A stretch of 64,000 nt of DNA from a virus. Lineage: Duplodnaviria; Caudoviricetes. Position numbers and translations under genes: made by a program. Numbering within the stretch: the first letter of the stretch is position 1; each line of letters begins with the position of its first letter. Positions 39,225 through 47,127 of this stretch are shown piece by piece. Where the stretch lies: IMG/VR virus record IMGVR_UViG_3300017721_001026, positions 32,001 through 96,000 of that record; one strand, given 5' to 3'. Under the pieces are notes generated by a model that saw only the letters and a program-made list of their open reading frames with translations, ran no database searches and was not told where the DNA came from.

Positions 39225-39306
39225 GAGGTTTGTTCCTTTGACTCTTTAATAATACATGATTTTGGTGCCCTGTGTTGGTTTTGTGGACACCTTACCGACT
39301 GGCACA
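39225..39306 (-). promoter_or_regulatory. Early promoter cassette, copy 4
   Basis: Dyad gtggacacct-tacc-gactggcaca at 39283-39306; TGTATTATTAAAGAGTCAAAGGAA leader. Confidence 0.8.
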
Positions 39307-39951
39307 CCCAACTAAGTAACCCATTGCAAAACAATCTAGACTCTTTTGTGCCATATATGCCTTACGTTTTAGGCAACTAATTGCAAGTTTTTCCTGATCA
39401 TCTTTGCGTTTCTGCTTACACTCTTCATCAATAACATTTTGAATTTCATCAATGATATTCTGAAACTTTTCTTTTTCAGTACCATTAACCAGAGTTTGTG
39501 CTTTCTTCAGTTTAATCTGAATGATCTTGCGGTTTGCATAATCATCATCCAAACCACTGTTAATCTCAAACTTAGCACAATCTACAGCACTCAACAACTC
39601 ACTGATGGAGAGTTTTGTCGTCTCTACTTGATCATAACAGACTTCAATCTTGTTGAAATAGTTGATCATCTCGGGGAGAACTTTCTCCTCAAAATAATCA
39701 TTACTGAACTCAAACCACTCTCCACTAGTCTGGAACTCTTTGTAGAGTTTGTGAAAATAACCCTCATGCATATAAGCATCTTTTCCTGCCTCAAATGTGC
39801 GGATCAGATGAACTGGAAGAGGGTTGCCAGTTTGAATATCTTTGATTCTCCTTTTAGGATTGTCACTGACACCAATTTTGATGTTTACCTTATCATAAAT
39901 GCCTCGGATTTCGGCAAACATGACATAAACGTGGAGAGTAGTGGTTTTCAT
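39292..39951 (-). CDS. GIY-YIG family (T5orf172/Mug113-like) nuclease, possible homing endonuclease
   Basis: VYVM..IKIGVSDNPKRRIKDIQTGNP..E..FH..GEWF. Confidence 0.75.
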   Translation of the reverse strand: MKTTTLHVYVMFAEIRGIYDKVNIKIGVSDNPKRRIKDIQTGNPLPVHLIRTFEAGKDAYMHEGYFHKLYKEFQTSGEWFEFSNDYFEEKVLPEMINYFNKIEVCYDQVETTKLSISELLSAVDCAKFEINSGLDDDYANRKIIQIKLKKAQTLVNGTEKEKFQNIIDEIQNVIDEECKQKRKDDQEKLAISCLKRKAYMAQKSLDCFAMGYLVGCASR

Positions 39952-40283
39952 CAGTTAGCAGCAGTGAATTGGTTGAAGAGAATAGATTCTAAAGAATATG
40001 CTTCATTTTCTCTCTCTTCATCATCAAATTGTCCATTTTCGTTTTGAACAACGTGAACCAATTCATGCATCAATGTGGTGATATAATCCTTTTCATTCAG
40101 ATCATTGTGAATCTGAACAAATTGCTCATCACCATTAACCTCAGTGAATCCAAAGGCATTATCATCACTTAGGTCAGTGTGATAAACCTCAACGTCACTG
40201 TCAATCTCATATTTGGTTGTAAAGAATTCAAACACACTTTGAGTGAGGTGAGTGTGTTGAGACTTGCCAGAGGTGAATAACAT
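39951..40283 (-). CDS. Small zincin-like metallopeptidase (HExxH)
   Basis: TTLMHELVHVVQ..ENEAY.LE; start set at MLFTSG (TGATG coupling) rather than the track start at 40496. Confidence 0.7.
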   Translation of the reverse strand: MLFTSGKSQHTHLTQSVFEFFTTKYEIDSDVEVYHTDLSDDNAFGFTEVNGDEQFVQIHNDLNEKDYITTLMHELVHVVQNENGQFDDEERENEAYSLESILFNQFTAAN

Positions 40284-40546
40284 CAGTAGGAAACAATTTT
40301 GTAGGTGTTGAGATCGTCCTGAACAACTCTGTCCTTTGGTGATAACATAGACCTTTCGAGTCGCAGTTGCCAACCCTCTTGAAGATCGTTTTCTGCGATA
40401 ACAGCAAACCCGAAACATCCTGGTGTTGGCATCATAAACAGACCATGCTTTTCTGCCTCTTGAGTGTTCTCGAAACCTCTCGCAGTGATCGTCCAATCTT
40501 TACCATCAGAACCCTTGCCATAGTAAGCACAGATGAAGTCTCGCAT
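40283..40546 (-). CDS. Early hypothetical protein
   Basis: 87-aa ORF directly after promoter cassette copy 5. Confidence 0.7.
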   Translation of the reverse strand: MRDFICAYYGKGSDGKDWTITARGFENTQEAEKHGLFMMPTPGCFGFAVIAENDLQEGWQLRLERSMLSPKDRVVQDDLNTYKIVSY

Positions 40547-40629
40547 GGGTTGAATTCCTTTGACTCTTTAATAATACACGAAAACCGACCCATATCAACC
40601 GATAGTGGACACTTCGACCAACTGTCCAC
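40547..40629 (-). promoter_or_regulatory. Early promoter cassette, copy 5 (best dyad)
   Basis: GTGGACACTT-CGACC-AACTGTCCAC at 40605-40629; TTGATA..TGTATTATTAAAGAGTCAAAGGAA. Confidence 0.85.
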
Positions 40630-40660
40630 CAGTCAGGGCAAGGGATCACAAGGTGATATA

Positions 40661-40735
40661 AACTGATTTTTCCATATTTTAATCTGAGATGGGCATCAGG
40701 TCATCACCGACAACAAAATTATGGAGAAATCAATT
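40661..40735 (-). ncRNA. Structured RNA candidate, abiF-motif-like long hairpin
   Basis: ~20-bp imperfect stem AATTGATTTCTCCATAATTTT / AAAATATGGAAAAATCAGTT enclosing GTTGTCGGTGATGACCTGATGCCCATCTCAGATT; family assignment from memory only. Confidence 0.45.
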
Positions 40736-41061
40736 TACTTATCCCACCAATGTCTAGTTTTGTCCGCAATCCACCCTAAAGCACAAATTGCTCCGATAGG
40801 TACAATAATCCACCAGAACTCCATCATCAACCATGTGGCAAATACTATGCAACCAAGTACAAACCAACCACCCATATCTCCTATGTCGGAGAGTGAAGAA
40901 CCTCCACCAGAACTAACCTCATGTAGATTACTAACACGTTCAGCACCGTAGATTCTTCTAAGTTGAGAATCTGCACCATGGAAGGTGTTAGCCTCGACCT
41001 CTAAAATTTGTTCTCCAGCAGAAGAACCCAACCAACAAGATGCTCTCCAAGTTGCCATCAA
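40735..41061 (-). CDS. Hypothetical membrane protein
   Basis: Soluble N-terminus, Gly/Ser linker, two hydrophobic helices. Confidence 0.7.
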   Translation of the reverse strand: MMATWRASCWLGSSAGEQILEVEANTFHGADSQLRRIYGAERVSNLHEVSSGGGSSLSDIGDMGGWFVLGCIVFATWLMMEFWWIIVPIGAICALGWIADKTRHWWDK

Positions 41062-41448
41062 TTAATCCTCCCAATGTTCATAGGACCATTTGTTATTTGT
41101 CACAGAGTAATAGACATCTTTGATGCCACATTCTCTGAGGTATGCTTCACAAATTGGACAAGGTTTTGCCATTCTAAGTTCATTTTGTTTGTGACCTCCT
41201 AAACGAGCAACAACAATTTTATCTCCATCTTCTTTAGATTTAACTAAAGCAGATAATTCTGCATGAAGATAGATTTTTTGTGGTCGTCCTACTTTTTGTG
41301 CCCAATGTGCTTGAAGTGGATGAGTTTTTTTCTCATTGTTAGTTGCACAAACAAGAACACGATTCTTTTTAAGTAGAATAGCACCAACCTTTTTCTTTGA
41401 AGGTGATGATTCTGCGACCTCAGTTGCAAGTTTAAAAAGATTTTCCAT
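41062..41448 (-). CDS. CMP/dCMP-type zinc-dependent deaminase
   Basis: KVGAILL..LHAELSAL..AKPCPICE (HAE...PCxxC); start set at MENLFK. Confidence 0.8.
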   Translation of the reverse strand: MENLFKLATEVAESSPSKKKVGAILLKKNRVLVCATNNEKKTHPLQAHWAQKVGRPQKIYLHAELSALVKSKEDGDKIVVARLGGHKQNELRMAKPCPICEAYLRECGIKDVYYSVTNNKWSYEHWED

Positions 41449-41720
41449 CAACAATCGTCCGACGAGATTTCTTCTTCTGTAGAGTTCCAAAAATCTTCCC
41501 AATCGTCCGCAGATGCATCTCTGACTGCATTCAATTTATCGAGTAGATTTGCACATTTTTTCTCATATCTTGCAAAGTATTCATGACTATCACGAACCTC
41601 TGCAATAATATCATCAAATAGTTCTTCCATTCCCGTTTCTTCGTCTGAAATGTAGTCAAAGATGGCAACATTTAGACGTTCACGACGTTGATCAGAGTAA
41701 GACATTTGATTGTAGTCCAT
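41448..41720 (-). CDS. Hypothetical protein
   Basis: MDYNQMSYSDQRRERLNVAIFDY..; acidic C-terminus. Confidence 0.65.
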   Translation of the reverse strand: MDYNQMSYSDQRRERLNVAIFDYISDEETGMEELFDDIIAEVRDSHEYFARYEKKCANLLDKLNAVRDASADDWEDFWNSTEEEISSDDC

Positions 41721-41778
41721 AGGTGATTGGATAGTAGGATAACACATTGTAATTTAGTACGAAAGTTCTTCGGAAGGA

Positions 41779-41964
41779 TTACTCAAAGCATGGGATTTTT
41801 GACTTTGCTTCTTCTTCATACTTTTCAGCATAAACACCAGCAATCCATTCAGATTCAAGTTGTGTTGGTTGATCACCGTATCCAATTTGTGGACCTAAAT
41901 CAGATTTACGACCAATCCAGACACGTTGACGAGTTTGAAGATTTGATGCTTGTGAGAGGATCAT
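41779..41964 (-). CDS. Early hypothetical protein
   Basis: MILSQASNLQTRQRVW..; the track's N-terminal extension is promoter sequence. Confidence 0.65.
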   Translation of the reverse strand: MILSQASNLQTRQRVWIGRKSDLGPQIGYGDQPTQLESEWIAGVYAEKYEEEAKSKIPCFE

Positions 41965-42045
41965 GGTGTTTTCCTTTGACTCTTTAATAATACACGACTG
42001 AGAGGCATCTACAAGGGTCTGTGTGCCACTTGTTTCATCGTCCAG
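41965..42045 (-). promoter_or_regulatory. Early promoter cassette, copy 6
   Basis: Degenerate dyad tgtgccactt-gtttc-atcgtcca; TTGTAG..GTGTATTATTAAAGAGTCAAAGGAA. Confidence 0.7.
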
Positions 42046-42919
42046 GTGTCTCCCACCGTTTTGGCATGTTAAAGTTGAACATCGAGAAAATTTCACGATC
42101 TACAAGTTTAATCACCATCCCAGAATCATCGGCAATAGTGAAACCCTCCTGCTTGATTTGCAGAGACCCAATGAAAGACTTGGGACAATTTGTGATCTTG
42201 AAACTATCCATCAGATCCTCTTTCATCTCAATGACAGTGAGATAAAGACTTGCAAGTTTAGGACAATCAAACACCAACGTCAGCAATTCATGTGTCAGTG
42301 CTTTTTGTTCTCGAATGAAAGCATTGATGATTTTCTTACAACAATCTGCTGTACGTTGATCTAGAAACTTAACCTCACTGACATCAATTCGTGGTGTTTC
42401 TGGTCCTCGCATCCAATCGACACAAGGTTGAACCCACTTAACCTTTTGATTGTCAATAAAATGTTCTTTAAGTGGAGATGCTACAGCATTGCGAAGATCA
42501 TCTTCTGCAAAGTATTCTGTATGAGGTGCAACAATGAACTTTTGTGTCACATACTCGGGAAATTCATAAGAGATAGTATTCTGAGTAAAGATACGTTCAG
42601 CACCCCAACCAAGGAAGTCACCTTGAAAGATTCTATCAGTGCGAGGGAGAAACTGATAAGCAAGATGAAGAATCTCTGCCATCTCACCATCATAAAAGAA
42701 TTCAATCTCTTCGGGAGAGTGTGCAATACGGATCTTTTTCTTGTTGAAAACTGCTTTGTTACCAACGAAGAATGTGCCAGTGGCAGGATCTTTGCCCCAA
42801 ACAATAGCAATACCATCCATCTTCACACTTGCATGTGTGAAATTGTAGAGTAGATCAATGGCAGATAGATCACCAGTCAGGATCTCATCTTCGGGATGCT
42901 CTTGGTGCTTGTTTTGCAT
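42035..42919 (-). CDS. DUF6267-like protein with a KxDG nucleotidyltransferase/ligase-like motif
   Basis: QNKHQEHPED..SVKMDG..FFVGNKAVFNKKK..QGDFLG..EGF..IKLVDRE.FS..NF. Confidence 0.65.
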   Translation of the reverse strand: MQNKHQEHPEDEILTGDLSAIDLLYNFTHASVKMDGIAIVWGKDPATGTFFVGNKAVFNKKKIRIAHSPEEIEFFYDGEMAEILHLAYQFLPRTDRIFQGDFLGWGAERIFTQNTISYEFPEYVTQKFIVAPHTEYFAEDDLRNAVASPLKEHFIDNQKVKWVQPCVDWMRGPETPRIDVSEVKFLDQRTADCCKKIINAFIREQKALTHELLTLVFDCPKLASLYLTVIEMKEDLMDSFKITNCPKSFIGSLQIKQEGFTIADDSGMVIKLVDREIFSMFNFNMPKRWETPGR

Positions 42920-43000
42920 GGTTGTGTTTTTCATACTGTTAGTATGGCACGGAACGACAGGGAAATCAAGTGATAGTGGACACTTCAACCAACTGGCACA
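42920..43000 (-). promoter_or_regulatory. Early promoter cassette, copy 7
   Basis: Dyad gtggacactt-caacc-aactggcaca at 42976-43000; TTGATT..GCCATACTAACAGTATG. Confidence 0.8.
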
Positions 43001-43086
43001 CTCAAAAACCACTCAGTAAAGAATAAGTTAATCGAGTTCCCCAATTCATCATGATGAAGAATGAACTTATGAATAAAAGTTTTTCC

Positions 43087-43638
43087 TTAGAAGTCAAGAT
43101 AACCCTCGATTGCTTTGTTGATAGCATCAGACAGATATGATGGTGGTTGAGTAACATCATACTCACCCAGATCACACTCATAATAGTCACCCAACTTCAG
43201 TTCAATCATGGCACCGTCAGCACCTTCCTGATAGAGTGATCTTGCCTTCTCATCTTCAACAATCACCACACGACGTGCTGTAAGATCCATCACCATCATG
43301 TAGTCAAATGTTTTTATTTGCTTGAAATCTTCTACAGTTTTAGTCTCACTCAGGAAAGATTTGACTTTGAACTTTTTTGTGGCATTGACATCTTTACGTT
43401 TATAGAATAAATTCTTACCCATCTTCAGTTCTACTTTCTTATCACCGAAGAGAAAATCATAACCAGTTTGATCAACACGTTCAAGATCTGAGAACTTTGC
43501 AATTCCTTTCTCTACAGCAGTTGCACGAGCAAAGTTATCAGCATTGGAGGTGAATCCTTTGTCACTGTAGAGAGAATCTACAATACCGAAGATCTTTCCC
43601 CAGTCAGTTTTTGTTTCGAGAGAGTCAATCAGGTGCAT
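43087..43638 (-). CDS. Putative PD-(D/E)xK nuclease-like protein
   Basis: VEKG..GYDFLFGDKKVELKMG (D...ExK); start set at MHLIDS. Confidence 0.5.
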   Translation of the reverse strand: MHLIDSLETKTDWGKIFGIVDSLYSDKGFTSNADNFARATAVEKGIAKFSDLERVDQTGYDFLFGDKKVELKMGKNLFYKRKDVNATKKFKVKSFLSETKTVEDFKQIKTFDYMMVMDLTARRVVIVEDEKARSLYQEGADGAMIELKLGDYYECDLGEYDVTQPPSYLSDAINKAIEGYLDF

Positions 43639-43846
43639 TGTTTTGTTGAGAAAAAGTTTTTTCTGTGATAGAGTGCATGTCACTCAGAATCTGTAACTCT
43701 TTAAGATGCCATGAAGAAAGATTTGAGATAGCATGATTCATACAGTGCTGAAGAACCTCTGCCCCATCATCATACTCACATAATTCGCAGAATGTGTCTG
43801 CAAACCACGTTTCGTAATCTTTCTTGACCTTATCTGGAGTTTTCAT
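43625..43846 (-). CDS. Hypothetical protein
   Basis: 73-aa ORF in operon. Confidence 0.55.
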   Translation of the reverse strand: MKTPDKVKKDYETWFADTFCELCEYDDGAEVLQHCMNHAISNLSSWHLKELQILSDMHSITEKTFSQQNNAPD

Positions 43847-44242
43847 TTACGAACCCTGATAGTATGCATTACGATAGAGATAACCACCAGACCATTCACA
43901 GTTATCCAACACAAACTGACGTTCTTGCATGATCAAGAGATTGAAACGTACACCTTTTGCAGGTGCCTTGATTGATGCTGGTTTATACATCTCACCAGTC
44001 TTCTTATCAATGAAGGCATGAATTGAATCTTGCTTACCATTTTTAGTCATGAAGATCTTGTGATACTTACGACCCATGGAGTCAAGATAGAAACCTATGT
44101 TACTACCAGTTTTTGGTGCAGTTTGTGTTAGTGCATCACACAAAATAAGACAATACTTAGTAATGTTCAGTCGAATAGTGTTTTGTGCATCCTTCTGAGC
44201 ACAGAAATCAGAAAATTCTTTGTTCACTGGTGTGGTGGTCAT
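43847..44242 (-). CDS. Early hypothetical protein (GRKYHKI...KAPAKGVR family)
   Basis: GRKYHKI..SIHAFIDKKTGEMYKPAS.KAPAKGVRFNL..WSGGYLY. Confidence 0.75.
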   Translation of the reverse strand: MTTTPVNKEFSDFCAQKDAQNTIRLNITKYCLILCDALTQTAPKTGSNIGFYLDSMGRKYHKIFMTKNGKQDSIHAFIDKKTGEMYKPASIKAPAKGVRFNLLIMQERQFVLDNCEWSGGYLYRNAYYQGS

Positions 44243-44323
44243 CTGGTTTCTTCAGAACAAATATAATATAAGGTATTTCTGGGGCAAAGTCAAGACCTAG
44301 TGGACACCTTGCCAACTGTCCTA
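44243..44323 (-). promoter_or_regulatory. Early promoter cassette, copy 8
   Basis: Dyad gtggacacct-tgcc-aactgtcc at 44300-44321; TTGACT..TATTAT. Confidence 0.75.
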
Positions 44324-44917
44324 CTTTTTGTCTGACGTGCAACAAACAAATTTTGTGACAGCATATCTTTCATTCTCGATAACATCTGTAACACTGTGCT
44401 CAACCCATCCAGGAAATATAATTGTTCTATTATTTTTTGTTTCTATTTCTAGATCTTGCTTGGGAAAGTATAAATTTCCACCAGAATCCTCTTTATAGCA
44501 TAATGTGGTACTAATTAAAGCATGAACCCAATAGTCTGTATGTGGTTCATATCCATCACCAGGATAATATCTCCTAACTTTGGTATAATCTGTATCAGAT
44601 TTTTCATATGTCACCCAATATTGATTATTTTGTATCAAATCATCAAAAAATTTATCATCATTAAAGAAAATATCTCCAGTAATGTTTAGAATGTCGGAGA
44701 CAGATCTTTGACTATACAGTGCATCCAATGACATACCTTTTGCTGTTGTCATGTAGTTTCCATTTTCATCCTTTGCAGCATAATACTTTTCTGGATCATT
44801 CAATTTATCGAGAAGAAATTCAAGTTCTCTCCAAATCAGTTTTAGTTGTTCTGCATCGAAGGTATCTTCTATGATAATGTATGGAAATGGTTCGTTAAAA
44901 ATCTGGTAATTCATCAT
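44321..44917 (-). CDS. 2OG-Fe(II) oxygenase (prolyl-hydroxylase-like)
   Basis: RYYPGDGYEPHTD..GGNLYF..IIFPG..EHSV..RY. Confidence 0.85.
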   Translation of the reverse strand: MMNYQIFNEPFPYIIIEDTFDAEQLKLIWRELEFLLDKLNDPEKYYAAKDENGNYMTTAKGMSLDALYSQRSVSDILNITGDIFFNDDKFFDDLIQNNQYWVTYEKSDTDYTKVRRYYPGDGYEPHTDYWVHALISTTLCYKEDSGGNLYFPKQDLEIETKNNRTIIFPGWVEHSVTDVIENERYAVTKFVCCTSDKK

Positions 44918-45110
44918 TCTGCTCCTCCAATAAGTCCTTCATAGTATCCATAAACTCATCTGCATGTCCTAAAGTATCTAAGGCATGGATCATTTCACCC
45001 AATGTCTTAACAATAAAAGGTTTCTCATTTCTTGCAGCAAATGCTAATGCTTCACGAAGATGTGTCTGAGCAGAGTCTAATTCGTCTTTAACTTGATCTG
45101 ATAGTGCCAT
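44895..45110 (-). CDS. Hypothetical protein
   Basis: MALSDQV..L..AQ.HLREALAFAARNEKP. Confidence 0.7.
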   Translation of the reverse strand: MALSDQVKDELDSAQTHLREALAFAARNEKPFIVKTLGEMIHALDTLGHADEFMDTMKDLLEEQNDELPDF

Positions 45111-45763
45111 TAGTTTTTTCTTCCTGTGTAGATTTTCTTTTCATTATCCCATTCAAAATGGTCAACCATTTCAACATCATCGTCACTTAAGTATAAACCC
45201 CATCCAGTTGCAATATATTTACTGCAAGAATATACGGGATTTCCACGATGAGTATGAGTGTAGAATGCTGGCCAAATTAACATCGTACCTGCCTTTGGTT
45301 GTACTCTGAGACCTTGCCAAAGAAACTCAGTTTCACCTTCACCTTCAGGAATGTCATTCAAATATAACATCCATGCAACACATCTGTCAACGACTCCTAG
45401 ATCATTTACCTCACAATGCCAATCATGAAATCCACCTCTAGGTGAAGTCTTTTGTATTTTTACCTCATCAAAATAGACATCAATATAATCAGAAACCCAA
45501 TACTTTTTACGGTATTGTTCCCAACAATGATCAACAACTTTTAGGACAAGATCTGCACAAGGATTGCCTGATTCCAAGTACCATTGTTCATCATGACGAG
45601 CAAGATAACCTCTCTCACTTTCATCTGAACCATATCCTGCTTTTATTTTACAATCAGAATCGTCGGGATGTTTATAGTTAGATTCAAAGTATTCAATAAC
45701 ATTGTCACATGTAGATTTATCTAATGAATTTAGATAAACACCAATAAAATCACTATCCTTCAT
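45110..45763 (-). CDS. 2OG-Fe(II) oxygenase
   Basis: GGFHDWHCE..WMLYLNDI..GETEF..IWPA.YTHTHRGNP..KYIATGW. Confidence 0.88.
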   Translation of the reverse strand: MKDSDFIGVYLNSLDKSTCDNVIEYFESNYKHPDDSDCKIKAGYGSDESERGYLARHDEQWYLESGNPCADLVLKVVDHCWEQYRKKYWVSDYIDVYFDEVKIQKTSPRGGFHDWHCEVNDLGVVDRCVAWMLYLNDIPEGEGETEFLWQGLRVQPKAGTMLIWPAFYTHTHRGNPVYSCSKYIATGWGLYLSDDDVEMVDHFEWDNEKKIYTGRKN

Positions 45764-47121
45764 ACAATCCAGGTTATGATAGAATATCTAGTTCCTTCAG
45801 TTACAGGTAAAATCTCATGTGGGTACATAAAATTAGATGGGAAAACTAATACATCACCAGCATTGAGTTTATACACTAATTCACGGTTGAATAGTGCAAC
45901 TTCACCACCTTCATAACCATCATTCATTGACATAATGACAGTCAATGCTCTAGGTTGGTCTTTAAATGAATCAGTATGCTGAATATAAAAGTCACCTTCT
46001 TCATACTTTAGTAGTTCATATCCACTATCTTCTTGAATCTCCAATTCAAATTCAGGATAACTTTCCTGATATTCTTCAATGATACCTTTTACAACATTAA
46101 AGAGATAATTATCAATTTCTCTCCTACCCTCTTGATTATTTTCCTCAATAACTGCTTGATCTGAAATTGGAATAAACTCACATCTTCTTGCATCTGGATC
46201 ATGCCCAGCACCAGTTAATGTACTCTCCCAATAGTTAGTTGGAGCATATTCTTCCAAAAGTTTATCGCAAAAATCTGGATCAATAAACTCTTCTTTGTGC
46301 CAGACAAAATGCTCCAAACTAAAACGACTTAATTCCTTTGTTTTAGTTTGTATTTCTGGTGTATTCTTAGGTTTAAGGAACTTTTCATATTTACTATTTG
46401 CTATAACAACGTCATCAAAATTGATATATTGTTCTGTTTCATCATCCTGTTCAATAATATCTAATGAGGATGACTGTTGATCTCTATATTTTTTAGGGAG
46501 AATTGTTTTTGTGGATACATGGTCAAATTTGTTTTTCATTTCATCATACTCCTTTTGTAGTGCTTCATGATCTTCAATGTCTTCTGTGATTAGTCTATCA
46601 AAATATGTGCAACCATACATTCCTCTACTTCTCACATAGTGTAAGAAGATTTGTGCATAATAGTCACCTTCAAATCTACCTCTCCAGTGTGGAGAAACAC
46701 AACCTAAGTATAACACAGCATCACCAGGATTCAAAGTGATGCATTTTTTTACACTTTCTGGTGTCTCAATCCAGATTGCCCAAGGTTTATCACCACCAAG
46801 ATGTACTGTCATTGATATTTCACAAGCAGGACGATCTGTGTGCCTCTTAAGAACACTGTCGTTGCGATATATTCTGGAGTAAGTATATGTTGGTAGAACA
46901 GTTTCACCGATAAGTTCACTAACTGTGCTAGTTTTATTGGTGAGTAATTCTATAGCAGGATGAAAGTTAAAGCATGATGAAGAGTTTGGTGCCTGTTCAT
47001 CACCTTCAAACTTAAATTGTGCGTCTGTTACGATAAACTCTGTTTCTAATCTTTTAGCATAATCTAAATCAATAAAACCAGGAACAACAATGTAGTTGTT
47101 TTTCAATAATTCAAGTTTCAT
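45760..47121 (-). CDS. Tandem two-domain 2OG-Fe(II) oxygenase
   Basis: Domain 1 LKRHTDRPACEISMT..HWR; domain 2 YIQHTD..YEGGE..FPSNFMYPHEI.PV..GTRYSI. Confidence 0.88.
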   Translation of the reverse strand: MKLELLKNNYIVVPGFIDLDYAKRLETEFIVTDAQFKFEGDEQAPNSSSCFNFHPAIELLTNKTSTVSELIGETVLPTYTYSRIYRNDSVLKRHTDRPACEISMTVHLGGDKPWAIWIETPESVKKCITLNPGDAVLYLGCVSPHWRGRFEGDYYAQIFLHYVRSRGMYGCTYFDRLITEDIEDHEALQKEYDEMKNKFDHVSTKTILPKKYRDQQSSSLDIIEQDDETEQYINFDDVVIANSKYEKFLKPKNTPEIQTKTKELSRFSLEHFVWHKEEFIDPDFCDKLLEEYAPTNYWESTLTGAGHDPDARRCEFIPISDQAVIEENNQEGRREIDNYLFNVVKGIIEEYQESYPEFELEIQEDSGYELLKYEEGDFYIQHTDSFKDQPRALTVIMSMNDGYEGGEVALFNRELVYKLNAGDVLVFPSNFMYPHEILPVTEGTRYSIITWIV

Positions 47122-47127
47122 ATGTCA

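Noticed and set aside
39140-39334. ORF-track entries and N-terminal extensions containing 'CIIKESKE' or 'CPLS' (39140-39334, 40432-40629, 41965-42096, 42920-43012)
   Set aside because: These are translations of the repeated promoter cassette, not a protein family.
39439-40047. 202-aa plus-strand ORF; similarly 54193-54864 and 42428-42853
   Set aside because: Fully antisense to well-supported minus-strand genes; no protein motifs.
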